Assembly: GCA_951406725.2 (NCBI GenBank)
Contig: OX597822.1
Location: forward strand, 24,242,001-24,306,000
Origin: Octopus vulgaris
Lineage: Eukaryota
Length of the DNA stretch: 64,000 nt
Reading direction: 5' to 3'
The position numbers and the translations under genes were made by a program. The notes below the pieces were generated by a model, which was not told the origin of the DNA, ran no database searches, and saw only the letters and a list, made by a program, of their open reading frames with translations. Positions 54,708-64,000 of this stretch are shown piece after piece. Each line of letters begins with the position of its first letter. Position 1 is the first letter of the stretch.

Positions 54708-57082
54708 CAGTGTTTCCCAACCTTTTTTCCCGGCGCCCCACTTTTTCATAGCAAAAGTTTTTACACCCCACCTTTTCCCATGTCCACTCACATTTACAAG
54801 TACATGTGGGCCTACTTACAATTGAAAAAAAATCAAAAATTAAAAAATTGTATTCAAAATACAAAAAAATAGTTTGAGAATTGAAACAACAGGCACTGAA
54901 AGTGCATAACACCCAATAAATCGATAAAATTATTACGATTTCTCATGTTTTTAAAAAATGTCAATTTATAAAGAATAAAGAAACACGTTTTTTCAGTTCA
55001 ATTATTTGACGGTCAGCTCGACTAATTTAGTGAGAACCCTGTGCCTGATGCATACAGCACAAGTTTTTAATTTGAGGAGACAACTTTGTTAATTTCAGTC
55101 GTAAATCGCCACGTTTTGTAATCTCAAGCCGGTTTCTCTTGGCTTCGAGCAAATTATCAACTGCACTAAAACCACATTCGACCAAATAAGACGAAGGGAA
55201 AGGAATCAGTAGCTCTCTCGCTGATGTAGAAATTTTAGGATATTTTCTTTCAACCTCGTCATATAGCCACATCTTTGTACCTTTCAATTTAAACAAAGTC
55301 TTCACTGATTCATCATGTTGTAATTCTGATAACTCTTCTTGGTATTGGATTGTAGCATCAGAAACGTTAATCAGAAGCGGTTGAGTTAACCAAGAAGGAA
55401 AATTCATTGCCTTTAAATCGCAAAATCTGTCATTGAAATCCTTTATCAAGATATTTAAATGATCAATAATTACAATGCCAGCATCATTCGTTATTTCACA
55501 TTTACTCAACCAGTAAAGTTCACTGAAATTTCTTTTGGAAAATTTCTTTTTCCATAATTCGAGAGCTGTAATAAATCCAAAAATCTTTGCTTTTGCATCA
55601 ATAAGTGTCATGTTTGCACCTTGAAGTTGTTTATTCAAGTTTCCAAGTTTCTCAAATATGTCTGTCAAATAACTGACAAATGCTTTTCCATCCGTTGTTG
55701 ACAGCAATTTCATTTCACATTTATCACTAAGAAAGTCGTTAATCTGATCAAATAATTCCATGAACCTCTTTAAGCAGTTTCCACTTGATAGCCATCTTAC
55801 TTCTGTATGAAGCAATAATCGAACATGTTCGGCACTTTGATTTATACAAAACTGCTTAAAAAGACGTTCAGATTTAGAATTTCTTTTAATGCTGTTGACA
55901 CACTTGATCACACTTTGAAGAATCTTGTTAAGAACAGGGGACAATTTCTTGGCAACCAAGTTTTCTCGGTGTATTACACAATGGACAGTCAACATGTTTG
56001 GATTTTCATCCTTCATCATTTTTAAGCATCCCGTATTCTTGCCCATCATGGCAGGTGCACCGTCTGCCGCACATGCCAGTAAGTTTTCCTTTGGTATTTT
56101 GTTTGCATCCAAATAATGTTTGATTTTGATGTAAATATCATTTGCAGTTGTGGTGGTTTCAAACGATTCGCAGAACAGCATCTCTTCCTGAAACTCCTCG
56201 TGGTCAATATACCTCACATAAGTCAATAACAGAGCCTCACTGTCCCGGATTGTGGATTCGTCCATTTGTAATGAAAACTTACGCAATTTTAATTTCTCAA
56301 TGAGCTGGCTTTCAACATCTTGCCCCATTTCATCTATTCTGTTCGAGACAGTGTTATTACTGAGTGGCATAGTCCTGATATCTCCATCATCTTTTTGTAA
56401 TACAGTTTTTAAGAATATTGAGATAGCAGGTTTAATCAGTTGCTCTCCAATAGTGTGATTCTTTCCATGTTTTGCTATAAGCAAGGAGATTTCGTAGCTG
56501 GCTTCAAGGGCACGAGTATGAGGCGCTTGTTTTGCATGAAATAGTGAAGTGAGTTTTGTTCGGTTTTTAAATTTTTCTTTCAATGATTTGAAGTATTCCA
56601 AATCTAAATTAGAATTATTAGGATGTCTTACCTTTAAGTGCGCTTCCAGCCTACCTGCCTTCATTGACTCATTGCTCATCGTCTGATTACATAATAAGCA
56701 AAACGGTTTACGCTCATCATGCTCATCAGGAATGAATCCAAACTTCAAAAACTCCACCGCGTATTGACGAGTCTTCTTCTTGTTTGGTTTGCTCATTTTC
56801 AATAGGGCTAACAAAAGACTAATTGAGGCAAACTAATTGAGGCAATTGATTGGCTTATCTGAATAGTAAGTTTATTGCTCAGTGCGGGATCTTCTTTGTC
56901 TCGCTGGGGTGCGAGAGTTTCCGATGTGGAGGCTTCAAAGGAAAGACTGAATCTAAGGTTGTGCCCGCGATGACCGCTCGTCATGTACAAATATTTTCAC
57001 AGCCCACGTCTATGCCCCGCGCCCCACCTGAATTTTCTCAGGCCCCACCAGTGGGGCGTACGCCCCACCTTGGGAATCACTG
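54708..57082 (-). mobile_element. Full-length hAT transposon, Buster/Charlie family (2375 bp)
   Basis: TIRs CAGTGTTTCCCAA / CAGTGATTCCCAA. Perfect 8-bp TSD GTCTACAG at 54700-54707 and 57083-57090, with the central TA typical of Buster elements. Subterminal palindrome GTGGGGCGTACGCCCCAC at 57051-57068. Confidence 0.96.
55027..56796 (-). CDS. Intact Buster-type hAT transposase (~589 aa; ZBED5/ZBED8/SCAND3-like family)
   Basis: Uninterrupted ORF from ATG 56796. It has a BED-like finger CLLC..HLKVRH, catalytic D (QMDEST), D (ADGAPAM), CxxH (HCVIH), RW (EVRWLS) and E (SYLVECGFS). Confidence 0.93.
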   Translation of the reverse strand: MSKPNKKKTRQYAVEFLKFGFIPDEHDERKPFCLLCNQTMSNESMKAGRLEAHLKVRHPNNSNLDLEYFKSLKEKFKNRTKLTSLFHAKQAPHTRALEASYEISLLIAKHGKNHTIGEQLIKPAISIFLKTVLQKDDGDIRTMPLSNNTVSNRIDEMGQDVESQLIEKLKLRKFSLQMDESTIRDSEALLLTYVRYIDHEEFQEEMLFCESFETTTTANDIYIKIKHYLDANKIPKENLLACAADGAPAMMGKNTGCLKMMKDENPNMLTVHCVIHRENLVAKKLSPVLNKILQSVIKCVNSIKRNSKSERLFKQFCINQSAEHVRLLLHTEVRWLSSGNCLKRFMELFDQINDFLSDKCEMKLLSTTDGKAFVSYLTDIFEKLGNLNKQLQGANMTLIDAKAKIFGFITALELWKKKFSKRNFSELYWLSKCEITNDAGIVIIDHLNILIKDFNDRFCDLKAMNFPSWLTQPLLINVSDATIQYQEELSELQHDESVKTLFKLKGTKMWLYDEVERKYPKISTSARELLIPFPSSYLVECGFSAVDNLLEAKRNRLEITKRGDLRLKLTKLSPQIKNLCCMHQAQGSH

Positions 57083-57810
57083 GTCTACAGCTTCAGTCGT
57101 GTCATTACTTTGTGGACAGCTCCCCTATTCTTCTCCAGCAGGTTGTTGAGGACAACAACAGTCATAGGTAGAGTTCCATCTGGTACTGTTGGGAACCACT
57201 ATCTTTCTCTTCAATGCATCCAGAATGCTGTCTTCCACCACCGTATTGCGGCTCTGCATATTCTACAGCCTTGGATATGGCCTTCCAGTAGGCTGACTTG
57301 AATGAAGCGCTGTCGAGAGCTTGTCGAGTTGAAGGTATGGGCTGCACACTTCATGTGCACTGGCATGTTGAGGCCCAGGTCGCTGGATTCGTCAAGGACG
57401 GCATCAACAGAAATGTACTCAGCTTCGTCCACATCTCCAGCCTCAGGATCCACGTCCAGGTCCACATCCGCAACACCTTCTACGTCCGGATCAGCAGCAG
57501 TCTCAAGAATGTCTGGCAAGCGTTCAACTTTTGTACCAAACTGTATAAATGCCTTGACAACTTTTTGCTGTTGTCCATCGTGGTCCTGGTCACCTTGCCT
57601 TGTAGATGGTACTTGTAATGGGTGTTCACTATGGCCTGGGAGAGAACATCGAAGGTGTGATATCCTCTGAGCAGGGAGCAGGCCAGGACGACGTGTTGTC
57701 TCGTGTCGGTCTTGGGGTCCAGCTAGTGTGCTGCCATCTCCAGATAGGACCTGTTGTGGGCTGACCAGCAGTCCGCAGTGGTCGTCACACAAGGGACATC
57801 CTTGAGCAAT

Positions 57811-57871
57811 TTGTAATTAAAATATGTTATATTGTAAAGAGACATAAGTTGTAAAGTTAAAAACTTAAAAG

Positions 57872-57902
<31 letters not shown>

Positions 57903-58363
57903 ACACACACACACACACACATATATAAACTGACGCAAAGTATGATCAAGGCCTGCTAAAAGAAAAAAAACTAGCCTCTTATCCGCATCTCCACGCAAGC
58001 TGCAATGGTTTTTGTGAGCACGTGGTTTGTACAATTTTTTTCGGGTAGGAAGGAAGAAGGACATTTGATCGCAGTATTTTATAACCATATTCTGTTTATA
58101 GAAATCACACCGATTGTAGTTTAACACTTGTTACTAGACTGTTCTAAATTCATGGAAATATTACTTGTAATTTAAAGCCTTGTTATTAAACTTTTGAAAA
58201 TAGTAACACTTCCCGGATAGGTGACGCGTTGGGGTGGAGGATGAATAACCGAGGTGGGGGATGGAATGATGGTCGGAATTTAATAAGTTCAGAACTTAAG
58301 GTTCGTTTACTCGTTATTTCATTAAAGAATGCTGTTTTGGCTATGCAGACCTAATCATGAGTG

Positions 58364-58411
<48 letters not shown>

Positions 58412-58881
58412 AATGCGCAAAGCAACTACTGCCACAATTTTTAATCTTCCCATTCTACCAATGTGCTTTCGGATCATCAACACAAATGAGACTGAACAAG
58501 GAAACATTCTTCATTGAAAAGTACAAACCCAGACTCAACCATCCGAACATACTGACACAGAGAAATTAACAAGGAAATGGGGAAAAAAAATATTTTAAGC
58601 GATTATCTCCCCTACACCGGAAAAAATCACTCACTACCTCCCCTTATTTAGAAATCTCCTGGAAATAAAAACAACGATAATTCCATGCAATATAAACATA
58701 ACGTCACAAGAAATTTGAAAAGCTACACGCGAAACCGGTAATTTCTTTAAAAATTTTTAAATTATGTCATTTTAAGGAAAGGGAAAAAAATTTTTTCCAA
58801 TATTCTCCAGACATTTTGACACAAATATATATATTTTTTAACATTTAAGCCTTCTGTCGTTTTTTCACACTTTACTATTTT

Positions 58882-58945
<64 letters not shown>

Positions 58946-59107
58946 GTATATTATATATTATGATATTTATTTCAGTTAGCTATTATACACTTTATTATAT
59001 TAATTAAGAAAATAATTATCTAATAAATAATTGAATTAAATTAAGAAAATATGAAGTATTCCTTAATAATAATTTAATAAACTTGTATAATTTTAATTTA
59101 TGAATAC
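57811..59107. mobile_element. AT-rich insertion inside the outer hAT transposase, containing a Penelope-like remnant
   Basis: It splits ...QLEEYLT/LLKDVPCVTTTAD. Positions 58408-58569 (+) translate as a GIY-YIG-type C-terminus (FLIFPFYQ..RLNKETFFIEKYKPRLN), followed by pLTR-like sequence and bounded by (TA)n. Confidence 0.65.
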
Positions 59108-60509
59108 CTTGTAAGATACTCCTCCAGCTGTTTATGGCTGGCCAAGATCATCCTGCCCACGGTGCGGCGGACATCGACGTCTTGCTGGGGTTTAGCGTCT
59201 TGATCAGACCGGCAAAGGTGGAGGATTCCACCACATGCAGCGGTAGCATGTTGTCGACAAACAGGTCTACAATCCTTCTGTCCACCATAGACTGATGGAC
59301 GCCAATGCCAGCAGTGTGGGCAATTGCCTCGCCAATGCTGGGCTGGCGTGCTTTCTTTGCACATAGCTGCGACGACTGGCTACTAGCACTGCTACCAGAA
59401 GATTGCCTGTGTTTCCTACGGGAAGAGCCTGCTTTGATCCTCTCCTCAAACTGGGTAGCAAGCGCTGGGTGTTCCCTCTTGACATTCGAGTTCAAGTTGT
59501 AGAGGCTCACCGCTCGTCCCTTGATGCTGGTCTCCTTGGGTTGGTACATGACGCACAGGAAGTACAGGATTTTGGCTTTCCTCTTATCCCTTGACGTAAG
59601 GACAAAGTAGTCCTCTAAGTGGGCCACGGGTTCTGAGGCTCCTGGCTCTCAACCTGAGCGACCTCTGCTTCATTCACAACCGATGCAGACTCCTCAACAG
59701 GCCCTTCATCCTCAGGCCGAACGAAAACCTCTTCACCTTACATAACGATAAGCGATAACTTGGTAAGTTGATGACGTACACTGTTGTTGCTGACAGTGTA
59801 AGACTGTCTGTAATGTGGAAACGTCGTAAGTGAACACAACTCAAAACTGCAGAAATACACAATACTACTCGGCTAGCTGTGCTGCGTCAATCAATCACGT
59901 ATTGTTACGTCTACACGTAGTCAGCCAATAGCGTGCCTGACGGACTCTTCGAGACATGCCCACAACAGACAGGAACAAACATGAATTTTGTCAGCGAATT
60001 TAAGTTAACGGAATGAAATTTAGCGGAAACTAATTGGTCTGCTAACGGTTTCCAAAGTTAGCGAAAACGCCAACCCGTCAAATGAAAAGTTAGCTTCGCT
60101 AGTTAGCGGATTAGCGGGACCGTGCTCACCTTTGACAATTTTTGCCATTAATTCAAGCCATTTTTGCCATTAATTCAAGAATAGGATCCACCAGATCAAT
60201 TGCACAATTTTTTCATACATTATCCTTGAAATTTTCAGCAAAGTTGTAACTAACAAGAAATCGAACTTTTTTGAAATCCAAATGACAAACCATTTAACAT
60301 CAAATAAATCATAAGAATAGAATAATTATCACCAGTACGTTTTCGTGACGTGGTCGTGATATGGTCGTATCTTCCGAAATATGGAACATCCCTTTTTTCA
60401 TGGTGATTTTAACAAGAGGATTTTCTTGTGCTTTTTATGGAAACCCCGGAACAATAACGATATGCCAGTTCTCGAGCTTTTGATATTGAGAAACTGTATG
60501 ATAGATTTC

Positions 60510-60845
60510 ATTACATTTTGCGTTACAGGTGAATGTAATAAAGGATCCGGATGGTCAAGCATTCTGTCATAAGTTATCGCATCTTGGGTTTGTTCATTCC
60601 TGTGGAATTTGATGCCAGTATGGTTGACTGGTCAATATTTCATGGATCACAGTTAAATTCGATGGCATCTATAAAGTGATTATAATCGTCTGCCTTCTCT
60701 CGACTTCGAATGGATTTCAATCTTTCTGTATCATATTTTAGCATATATATCTACTATCAAATTGTCTGTTGCTTCTTTGAATCTTAGAAACTCGTTAAAC
60801 TGACCCCATGCCATAAAATAATATAAGTAAATGTCTTTGAAACTG
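60510..60845 (-). pseudogene. Degraded Helitron Rep/helicase coding fragment
   Basis: Frameshifted motifs IVDIYAKI, TERL, ADDYNH, DAI, NIDQSTILAS..TG, EQTQDAITY, HPD.FITFTCNAK match the Helitron Rep consensus (VDMYAKIETERL...GSPRYMHE..QDA...PDLFITFTCNP). Confidence 0.75.
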
Positions 60846-61039
60846 ATTAAGCGACCGGTTTCTTTTCTGTTCCTGGGCTGGTCCATGTGCTAAAAATGGT
60901 ATCCGTCTCGACCATTTGAAAAAAAAAACAGAAGGTACTAAAAGGAACCATAAGCCTTGTGAGTACTTGAAATTTGTGCCAAATATCCACTTTTTTGTAC
61001 AAAACGATGTCACATCGCTTGTGCAATTCATAAACCATT

Positions 61040-61173
61040 TTGATGTTACTAATCTGGTGTATAGTTTTCCCCCTTTTCACAACCATATAACAACACTTAT
61101 CCTGACCAAACTCCAACCCTACATCGTTTGAGAAAGTTGTAGCTAGGTCAAGGTTCTTTTTCATTTCATGCAT
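61040..61173 (-). pseudogene. Inverted duplicate of the start of the R4-like RT fragment
   Basis: MHEMKKNLDLATTFSNDVGLEFGQDKCCYMVVK, near-identical to 63510-63640 including the flank. Confidence 0.8.
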
Positions 61174-61229
61174 ATTCTTTGCATAAAGAATGTATGTATG
61201 TATATGTGTATGTATGCCTTTGTATTACA

Positions 61230-61289
<60 letters not shown>

Positions 61290-61290
<1 letters not shown>

Positions 61291-61682
61291 GTTATCGCCA
61301 TATTTTATGGCATTCTTATAGATATAAGAATAATCGCTGCCGCTGGTCAGCTCCATGAGGCCACCGCCTTAAGATAGCTATTGATACACGATCTGTATCC
61401 ATTATAACCTTCAAACTAGGTAAATATAAGCCTTCGAACAGAGACGTCAGTGGCGACACCTGCGGGGTCTGACTGCGCTACATGACAAGGGGCAATACCC
61501 CGAAACGCGTCTGTAGCTGTCGGACTGGCGGTGTGAAGCGGCTGACCTCCCTTGTTCGAAGGTTATAATGGATACAGATCGTGTATCAATAGCTATCTTA
61601 AGGCGGTGGCCTCATGGAGCTGACCAGCGGCGATTATTCTTATATCTATAAGAATGCCATATTAATATGGCGATAACAATTA
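61290..61682. repeat. ~135-bp inverted repeat enclosing the hammerhead-like motif
   Basis: ~61288-61425 is the reverse complement of ~61555-61682, with few differences. Confidence 0.9.
61477..61517 (+). ncRNA. Type I hammerhead-ribozyme-like motif (degenerate core)
   Basis: GCTACA-TGACAA-GGGG-CAATA-CCCC-GAAAC-GC-GTC-TGTAGC: perfect stems I and II, palindromic stem III ACGCGT, GUC triplet. The CUGANGA box has two defects. Confidence 0.6.
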
Positions 61683-61744
61683 ATTTCCAGTAAACGCTGT
61701 CGTAATCTCTTTTATAGAGACTTAGTAATTTTAATATTTCTATT

Positions 61745-63123
61745 ATATATATATATTTATATGTAAATATATAATATATATCTATATATGTATGTATATA
61801 TATATGTATATACATACACGTGTGTGTGTGTGTGTGTGGTTTTGGAAACATGTGGAATGCAGAAACGTTTACAGTTACGTATCTGGAAGCCTTTAGTTGT
61901 GGAATTACAGGCGATGTGAAAACATTCTAACGTTTTGTTAGGTAATCAGAAAAATAACTGTATTTCCTTACAGATCTTATAAAATTCGGCGCCAGTGCTA
62001 TCACTGCCATCTTCCACAACTTGAAACCTTACAAATTCAAGCAAACCTTCTTCGTGATTAGTAATCATTCAAACAAGGCACGAGAAAAGAAAACATCTAT
62101 ATGTCGATTACGAGCTGTAGTTAGACATGGCTATGAAGCTATAAGGCGGTGAGCTGGCAGAAACGTTAGCACGCCGGGCGAAAGGCGTAGCCGTATTTCG
62201 TCTGTCGTTACGTTGTGAGTTCAAATTCCGCCGAGGTCGACTTTGCCTTTCATCCTTCCGGGGTCGATTAAATAAGTACCAGTTACGCACTGGGGTCGAT
62301 GTAATCGACTTAATACCTATGTCTGTCCTTGTTTGTCCTCTCGATGTTTAGCCCACAGGAGAACCTCGTTACATGCATGAACAAACCCAAGATGCGATAA
62401 CTTATGACAGAATGCTTGACCATCCGGATCCTTTATCAATGCATCTCATTTCTGCATTTTCTGAAGGATAAATATTTGTTTTAATGAATATTCTTCGATT
62501 CTTGGTGTCTTCCATCCGCACCCGTGTATATTCAAAGATGTTAAAGACGTTGATATATACGTGTGATTATTGCTGAGCATTTTCTTTTTTTTTTTTATTA
62601 CCCACAAAGGGCTAAACATCGAGAGGATAAACAAGGACAGACATAGGTATTAAGTCGATTACATCGACCCCAGTGCGTAACTGGTACTTATTTAATCGAC
62701 CCCGGAAGGATGAAAGGCAAAGTCGACCTCGGCGGAATTTGAACTCACAACGTAACGACAGACGAAATACGGCTACGCCTTTCGCCCGGCGTGCTAACGT
62801 TTCTGCCAGCTCACCGCCTTATAGCTTCATAGCCATGTCTAACTACAGCTCGTAATCGACATATAGATGTCTTCTTTTCTCGTGCCTTGGTTGAATGATT
62901 ACTAATTATGAAGAAGGTTTGCTTGAATTTGTGAGGTTTCAAGTTGTGGAAGATGGCAGTGATAGCACTGGCACCGAATTTTATAAGATCTGTAAGGAAA
63001 TACAGTTATTTTTCTGATTACCTAACAAAACGTTAGAATGTTTTCACATCGCCTGTAATTCCACAACTAAAGGCTTCCAGATACGTAACTGTAAACGTTT
63101 CTGCATTCCACATGTTTCCAAAA

Positions 63124-63162
<39 letters not shown>

Positions 63163-63240
63163 TATGTATATACATATATATATACATACATATATAGATA
63201 TATATTATATATTTACATATAAATATATATATATATATAT
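61745..63240. repeat. Large near-perfect inverted duplication (~610-bp arms, ~250-bp spacer)
   Basis: 61745-62354 versus 62609-63240. The ORF track shows identical peptides at 62108-62290(-) and 62673-62855(+). Confidence 0.92.
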
Positions 63241-63414
63241 AGAAAATAGTAAAGAGTGAAAAAACGACAGAAGGCTTAAATGTTAAAAAATATATATATT
63301 TGCGTCAATATGTCTGAAGAATATTAGAAAATTTAAAAAAAATTTTTTTCTTATAATGACATAATTTAAAAGAAAGACCGGTTTCGCGTGTAGCATTTCA
63401 AATTTCTTGTGACG

Positions 63415-63453
<39 letters not shown>

Positions 63454-63509
63454 TGTAATACAAAGGCATACATGCACATATACATACATACATTCTTTAT
63501 GCAAAGAAT

Positions 63510-64000
63510 ATGCATGAAATGAAAAAGAACCTTGACCTAGCTACAACATTCTCAAAGGATGTAGGGTTGGAGTTTGGTCAGGATAAGCGTTGTTATATGG
63601 TTGTGAAAAGTGGGAAAACTATACACCAGATTAGTAACATCTCCATTAATGATTTGACCGTTTCCCTGTATCTGACAAGGAATGTTGCAGGTATCTAGGG
63701 GTGGATGAAAATATATCTTACAATGGCACTTGTAACAAAATACGTGTTACTAAAGAATATTACAGCTGAATAAAGAAAATCTGGACCTCAGAACTCTGCA
63801 TTCAATAAAACAGTGGCCCACTATGTATTTGCAGTGCCAGAACTCATACCAACAGTTGATCTGAGCTATTGATGTGAAAACCCGAAAAACACTAAGAAGC
63901 ACACATAATTTCCACATAAACAGTGACGTAGACCACCTCTGCTTAAAACGAAAACAAGGCGGAAGAGGCTTAACATCGATCCAAAATGCCTTTGATTGCC
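63510..64000 (+). pseudogene. R4/Dong-clade non-LTR retrotransposon RT fragment
   Basis: FSKDVGLEFGQDK, YLGVDE, IWTSEL, IDVKTRK, HINSDVDHLCLKRKQGGRGL (cf. R4 HPKSDVDRLYLPRKEGGRGL); contains stops and frameshifts. Confidence 0.8.

Larger units (their letters stand above)
53956..59640 (-). pseudogene. Frameshifted, interrupted transposase of the outer hAT (pieces ~59640-59108, ~57810-57091, ~54699-53956)
   Basis: BED-like N-terminus (PWAHLEDYF..FLC..SLYNL..VKREHP), then TTTADCWSAHNRSYL, KCAAHTFN, and a hATC dimerisation motif YNTAIPSSAVVEHLF..GKDIL..KRATLSDGNFE. Several frameshifts. Confidence 0.88.
53524..60134 (-). mobile_element. Degraded Ac/Tol2-like hAT transposon hosting two nested insertions
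   Basis: Imperfect TIRs CAGTGGCGGGCAC / CAAAGGTGAGCAC, with many GCTAA/TTAGC subterminal repeats at both ends and transposase fragments inside. The flanking 8-mers (ACTACCCC vs ACAATTTT) do not match. Confidence 0.85.

Noticed and set aside
55027-56796. Domesticated host gene (ZBED5/ZBED8/SCAND3)
   Set aside because: It is flanked by TIRs and a perfect TSD inside another transposon, so no gene symbol is assigned.
57811-59107. Intron of the outer transposase
   Set aside because: A donor-like AAG|GTATTC exists, but splicing to the nearest AG would drop residues expected before TTAD. The block contains mobile-element and microsatellite debris, so an insertion is more likely.

Overview
AT-rich, microsatellite- and transposon-saturated animal genomic DNA. 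The SINE and MITE repertoire looks like an octopus or other coleoid cephalopod (inference from recalled repeat families, no database search was run). The only host gene I can support is the 5' half of a minus-strand TBC1D24/skywalker-like gene. Its four coding exons (16922-16613, 10809-10499, 5737-5636, 4689-4599) splice in frame through GT-AG junctions, and the gene continues off the left edge. A possible long 5' UTR and a CpG-richer promoter region near 49.5-49.9 kb lie upstream. The introns are filled with tRNA-derived SINEs, 5'-truncated RTE LINE tails carrying a ~60-bp VNTR, piggyBac/pogo MITEs, mariner and maT relics, and non-autonomous Helitrons. The right quarter holds an intact Buster-type hAT element (8-bp TSD GTCTACAG, uninterrupted ~589-aa transposase) nested in a degraded, GC-richer Ac/Tol2-like hAT. 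Next to it is a complex inverted duplication built from SINE, R4 LINE, Helitron and Penelope pieces. The most unusual recurring signal is a set of short, non-coding Penelope-like modules that sit in (TA)n tracts, are often foldbacks, and carry minimal hammerhead-ribozyme-like motifs. Most ORFs in the supplied track are repeat or microsatellite translations. Boundaries of degraded repeats are approximate.
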